From: Ophelia neglecta
Taxonomy: Eukaryota
Direction of reading: 5' to 3'
Length of the DNA stretch: 64,000 bases
Assembly: GCA_965285935.1 (NCBI GenBank)
Contig: OZ260661.1
Coordinates: forward strand, 34,224,001-34,288,000
The translations under genes and the position numbers were made by a program. Below the pieces are notes generated by a model, which was not told the DNA's origin, made no database searches, and saw nothing but the letters and a program-made list of their open reading frames with translations. Numbering within the stretch: the first letter of the stretch is position 1; the number at the start of each line of letters is the position of its first letter. Shown here piece after piece: positions 58,930 through 64,000 of the stretch.

Positions 58930-61900
58930 GAACATAAATATACCATACTGATCGCTACAACGCCACGACAATGTGGGAACCTCAAAAGTTTCCACAAAAC
59001 GGCAAAAGATCGCACACGTCGAGATGTTAAGGTGTTGATGGTAACCGCTATGGGTATAGCAATGAACACCATCATTTTTAGAGCATTAATTAATTCTAAA
59101 GGCTACAATGCATTACGAATTTGCAGCTATAGATTCGTAGGTCTAGAGCATAGTTCTTCTTCGAATGAGTGCTCAATGACTCATGAGTATTTCAATGAAA
59201 ACGTCAATGCCGAGCAAATGTTCAGATAAAAGATTACCAGGAACGTAAAAAAATGATATCAATTAGTCTATGTGTCTTTTAGAATGATAACCCCAGCTAG
59301 AGCGATGTATTTTAACAGATCTCGAGCTATTGAATGTAAAACCAAGCATGGAAGACATCAGTTTGCTCCCAGAGCCGTACCAGACACCATGGCGATAATA
59401 TAAGACTTACAGGAATCTGCCGAAATTCTTAAGGTGGCACTATCAGCAAAGCGAAACAATAATTTCTGACTCTAGCTTTCACCACCCCATTAAGAATGCG
59501 AAATCTTCCATTAAGCCCGATTAAAATTAATTAAAACCAAAGCGTTTAGCGTTCATTATCGTTTAAAGGCACTGAAGGGTGCCGATTCGCACATTTACAT
59601 TATCTGAGCCCTCAGGGCATTGGGGGCAAATTGTTGTTGAAGTCCCGCTGACATGGCCCCCAGCTTGTGTATTTTTCTTGTTTTCAATCTGTTTCGGATT
59701 GCCGGACCGTGAGAACACTTGTTTCATTTGTCCAAATATGCTTGACCGTTAAAGACAGCGATTAGAAATTAATTGTTTTGAGATACCGCACATATCTAAA
59801 CCTGGCACCGAACATGTTTAAACTGATTTTAATAAAGGTTGACTATGGACGAACATGTTGCTCACTGACCATGGCAATATCAGAGTGTTGAAAGGCAAGA
59901 TCTCGTCCGTGTTTACCAATTTGTTTCAAATGTTGCGCTCCTAATTTAACGCACTTGAATCAAAAGGCTAATATATTAAAATTGTGTTATCATAAGAATA
60001 AAATAATTTGTTCTTGCTTAATTTTAGATGCCTGACATTGTCACAGTGTGGCCTTTCTGTTGGTGGGAAAAGTTCCCATGAAATCACATACAAAATCTCA
60101 GGAGTGCATGCTTACTGACGGGGAGGCGTTCTGAGGTGTTGGCAGATGGGTAAATTATCCAATTCATAAATTTTTTGATTATATTATGTCGCTGTGAAAG
60201 GATATATATAAATATCGGTTATGTCCAGGCTAAACTGCTTAAATTATGGATTTAGGAATCATAGCTATGCACTTATCATATATCTGATATATAAATATCG
60301 CATCTAGCTAATTCATCTGCCCATTAGTGTGCAAAAATAATGATATTCCAAGTTTACCTTAAAATTATTGATAATCCTATACCTCTGATGATGTCACAAA
60401 ATTGACATAATCAGGTTTTTTTTTCTAAACATGACGTCACGGTGCACCCTAAAAGGCCAATTAAGCAGTAGGCTACCTGTAAGTTTTTTTAATGATAATA
60501 CAAAAGCATAATTTTGTACCACATGGTATTCAAGTATAGACCACAGACAATGGATTATGTCTAGGACAACGTTTTCCTTAATTAAGAGCTTAGGTCTATT
60601 ACAGTCTTCTTTTAAAAAAAAGACTAATTTGTATCGTGAGGTCACAGTAGGCTATTCATTTATTGGCCAGTGAAAATAAAATGTAGTGGGCCAAACCCGA
60701 AACAAGATATTACTTAATATCCTAGAAACCACAGCTGCCGCGGTATATATCAACTCTCCACAGACCGTACGACACACAACATACATCCAATACGCATATA
60801 CAATAAACATTATGACAGCGATAAGATAACCAGTGTTTGATCGCAACGATGTGATTTCATGGCTGTTGAAAACCATAACTTTCTCGCTGCTCGCTTTGAA
60901 ACCAAATCTTTTTGGTTATTAATCTCAATACTCGTTTGATTAATGACGGTGAACATTTGATTGGCAGCGGCTCTCTCTTCATTCCCTGCCGTTATTAAGA
61001 TCAATAAAATCAAAGTTAATGACACCGAAACAGCTATTATCGTCGGAAAGAAGTTTATCCGGGGAAATTGCAGCAATTAGCTTTAAGATTGTGCGGTTAT
61101 GGCCGAGTGGGCGAGTAGACAAGAGCCTCGCTGTGGAAGCTCAGGGAGATGACGCTTTGACAAGATCCATTACTCCGCGCAGCGCCCGGATCACTGTGTC
61201 GTCTGCCGTGTTTTAATTGCCTGCCTTGTTTTCTGTTAACCTAACGGCGTTACCTGTCAAAACAAGCGACTAAAACGCCGCCATTAGATCGCCTGAATGC
61301 TCCCGGAGGGCTAGCGGGAGGGTACTACCACGTTCTGGCAAATACCTTCTCTTTATTGATTCTGGTTAAAGGCCCGACAAAACACAATTTGATATTCTGG
61401 CGAATATTTCTTTCAGGGGCTGATTCGAGCTTATGAAGGGATGCAATATACCTAACCTTTCTTTCGTGATCATGAAGCGACTAGTATCAGGGCTATTCTA
61501 GCTATACTTCGTTTTGTGAAAGGTCGCCTCAAACACAAAGAGAACAGAGGTGTTTTAGTTGTCTAGTTTATTGAGGCGAAGGCTTGATAACAATAATGGA
61601 AAACTATTTCTAACCATCGCACTTCACTTTAGAGACAGTCGATAACTTGGTTACTGCACGTATGATTTCTGTGTCATAGTATGTGTAAACAAAAGTTAAT
61701 TTTGATCTAGTCTCACAAGCTGGATAGACTACACCTCCCTCTTATCAGTGTCCGTTGACCCTAAGGCACTCCGGTCGGAGCAAATCGCCCCTTTCCCAGC
61801 GATAGTCGGGACATGTGTTGACGTCACTTCACAAGGACCCGGCCCTCCATCACTCCTCAGCCCACGGAACAAGCAGATGCCCCGGGGCAGCAGGCGAGGT

Positions 61901-64000
61901 TTTAAACAGCATAGCGGAACATATTGGCCAGGATAGGACTTATTGGCGGAACAAATGGGGTGGCTGGGCGAGCGGCTCGCAGGCAGTTAACATGGATGGA
62001 GGAGAAATTAGGGTTAAGAAAGGAGAGTGATTTGTACCGTATTAGGCGATGGATCATCTCTTGCAGAGGTGAAGGAGGGTAGAGGGTGACTGGGGCCGGC
62101 GGAGCCGTGGGGGAGGAGATGGCCGGCCCTGAGGGTCCCTAGCAGGAGCAGGCGCAGGGCAAACAATCATGCTCGCCTGCTGCCCACCCCCTTGGAGCAT
62201 TTTCAAACGCCATTTTGAATGTTTTTTAAGCCAACGCCAGTGCAAATCTTACTGCGCGGGGTTCAATTATATGGAGACAATTACTATATTGCTCGAGGCA
62301 AACTAAAAGACAGTTGTCACTTTTCCTCGCCTGGCGCCTTTTTTTCTCCCTGAAATGCGACACTAAGCTGTTACACTTATCATCAAATTGTCGTCTGGCT
62401 TCAGTTAAATCGATTTTTCAAACGCTTGCTATGTACTTGTCAAATGAATCTCTGACAAACATGAGTTGACAGCAAACTATTTCATCTAAACGCAAGTTTC
62501 CGGTGTTGAAAATCACAGCCAATTACATAAACGTTGGCGCACGCGCTTGTCGATCTCGTCTCGAACGAGAACTGCCGACGACAGACGATTGCCAGACGCC
62601 TCAAACTTCTGGTAACCATCATTCTCGCGCTTCCTTCTCGCGGCTGCGAGATCTGGGAGATCACGACCGGAAGTGGGGTAACTTCTAAAAGCTCATCTCA
62701 TTGGTGCAGATGTGGAAATAATTAAGGACGCGCGACGCCTTGTCTGATAAGTCTATTACTACTTGGTGATTTTCACCAGATTTCTACCAAATCTGGTGGA
62801 CGCGTGTACCATTTCCACCATTAACAGCACGTGGGGCCTTGGAAAAAGATTTAAACACCGGTTATCTGTAGCAAAGCTGTTAAACAGATGCATCCCAGGC
62901 CTTCGTTTAGTATCAGACAGGTTTGCGAGGAACAGTTAATTGGTTACAGCTATAGGTAAAACGGGAACGCTTGTGTCTCATCGACAGCCACCCTACAACA
63001 TTATTGGAATGAAGTCCCTTCATTAACTAAACTGATGTATGCCTGGTCTTTACAATGTTATAAACAGCAACACAGAACAATAAATCTCTCGCTCATTATT
63101 TTATTTACTCAGAGCAGCCGTAGGGAAAAAAGCACAGAAAAATCTCTATCTGTGAAACTAAGTTTCAAAATTTATTTTAAAAACATGTTGTGTTTAACTT
63201 CATACATAAATCCTGGTGTACGTGACACTAAAAGTGACAAGAAATCACGTAATTGTTTTGGGGTGACTTGTGTTGCTAATGGAGCAGACGAGCGAATGAG
63301 AATCACGTGACTTTGGCGCCCCTCCCATGGTTTTACGAACGCCCCCTGGTGGCTGACACGTGCACCTGCCACTTCTAGCCGCCAATTCGTAGCCGGAATG
63401 CGTCAGTCCTGGCGGGAATACATAGCTCGTCTGATAGCTCTCGTTAGGAAACATTTTTATATCAATTTATATAATCAATCATATCACCTCTGACAAATCA
63501 TAGGATGTTATAATGTAGTAGTATTTAGTTATGACGGTGGGCTTGTCGCAGTATACCACAGTAATATCAGAAAATACTTCTATTCCAGGGTACTTAATAA
63601 TGCATTTATTTTTGACTCAGACAATGATGGTGCTATATCACTGCTTTTCTCCCACAGTGATGACTTTATAAAGTGATGCTGTGGCGACATCTGCGGTCAT
63701 TCAGTTAGACTATAGGGTATATGTAAAAAGCTCTATTGTGTAGATATTCAGTCATATTTCTTCAAATATTATTATTAAGCGAATTTTAGTTGTTATGCTT
63801 ATTTCCCAGAAGTTTAGTTTGGTAGATTAGTGAAGTATAAAGATAAACAAATGCCTGCTGCTCCCTAGGATTTATAAGCTGGGTCCGTTCGAACCCCATG
63901 CATGTGATCCAGTTTTGTAAGTAGTTCGTTAGTAGTGAGGTAACTGATTGCCCACGACATCCTGGGCAGATGATAGTTGATTGCGACACCATTCACAGCG

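Noticed and set aside
60896-60910. Minus-strand KIWFQ peptide, a possible third homeobox or pseudogene
   Set aside because: The context (...RVLRLITKKIWFQSEQRESY) lacks N51/R53 and any helix 1-2 similarity, so I treat it as chance. A homeodomain HMM search would settle it.
61070-61140. TGGCCGAGTGG tRNA A-box-like word (and GTTCGAACCC near 63887)
   Set aside because: There is no paired B/A box at proper spacing and no cloverleaf, so I cannot support a tRNA or SINE.

Overview
AT-rich (roughly 38-40% GC by eye) animal genomic DNA, probably from an invertebrate bilaterian (inference). The only coding content I can support is two paralogous two-exon NK1/Nkx1 (Slouch-family, ANTP/NKL class) homeobox genes in head-to-tail tandem on the minus strand. 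Copy A is join(14142..13713,10742..10219), 317 aa. Copy B is join(54113..53522,52014..51515), 363 aa. Each has an eh1/TN Groucho motif, one phase-1 intron, an acidic linker, an NK1 homeodomain (57/60 identical between copies) and a Tyr-rich tail. The remaining ~60 kb is a gene desert with small non-autonomous DNA transposons (MITEs), a 40-bp minisatellite, poly-C/G tracts and many enhancer-like CpG/TAAT-rich blocks. The most striking unexplained signal is a dispersed, strand-independent motif, GCAGACGA(CA): I counted 10 perfect 10-mers and at least 21 8-mers by eye, with unrelated flanks. YY1/Pho-type CGCCATTT and palindromic TAGGCCTA are also over-represented. All counts are manual and should be recomputed.
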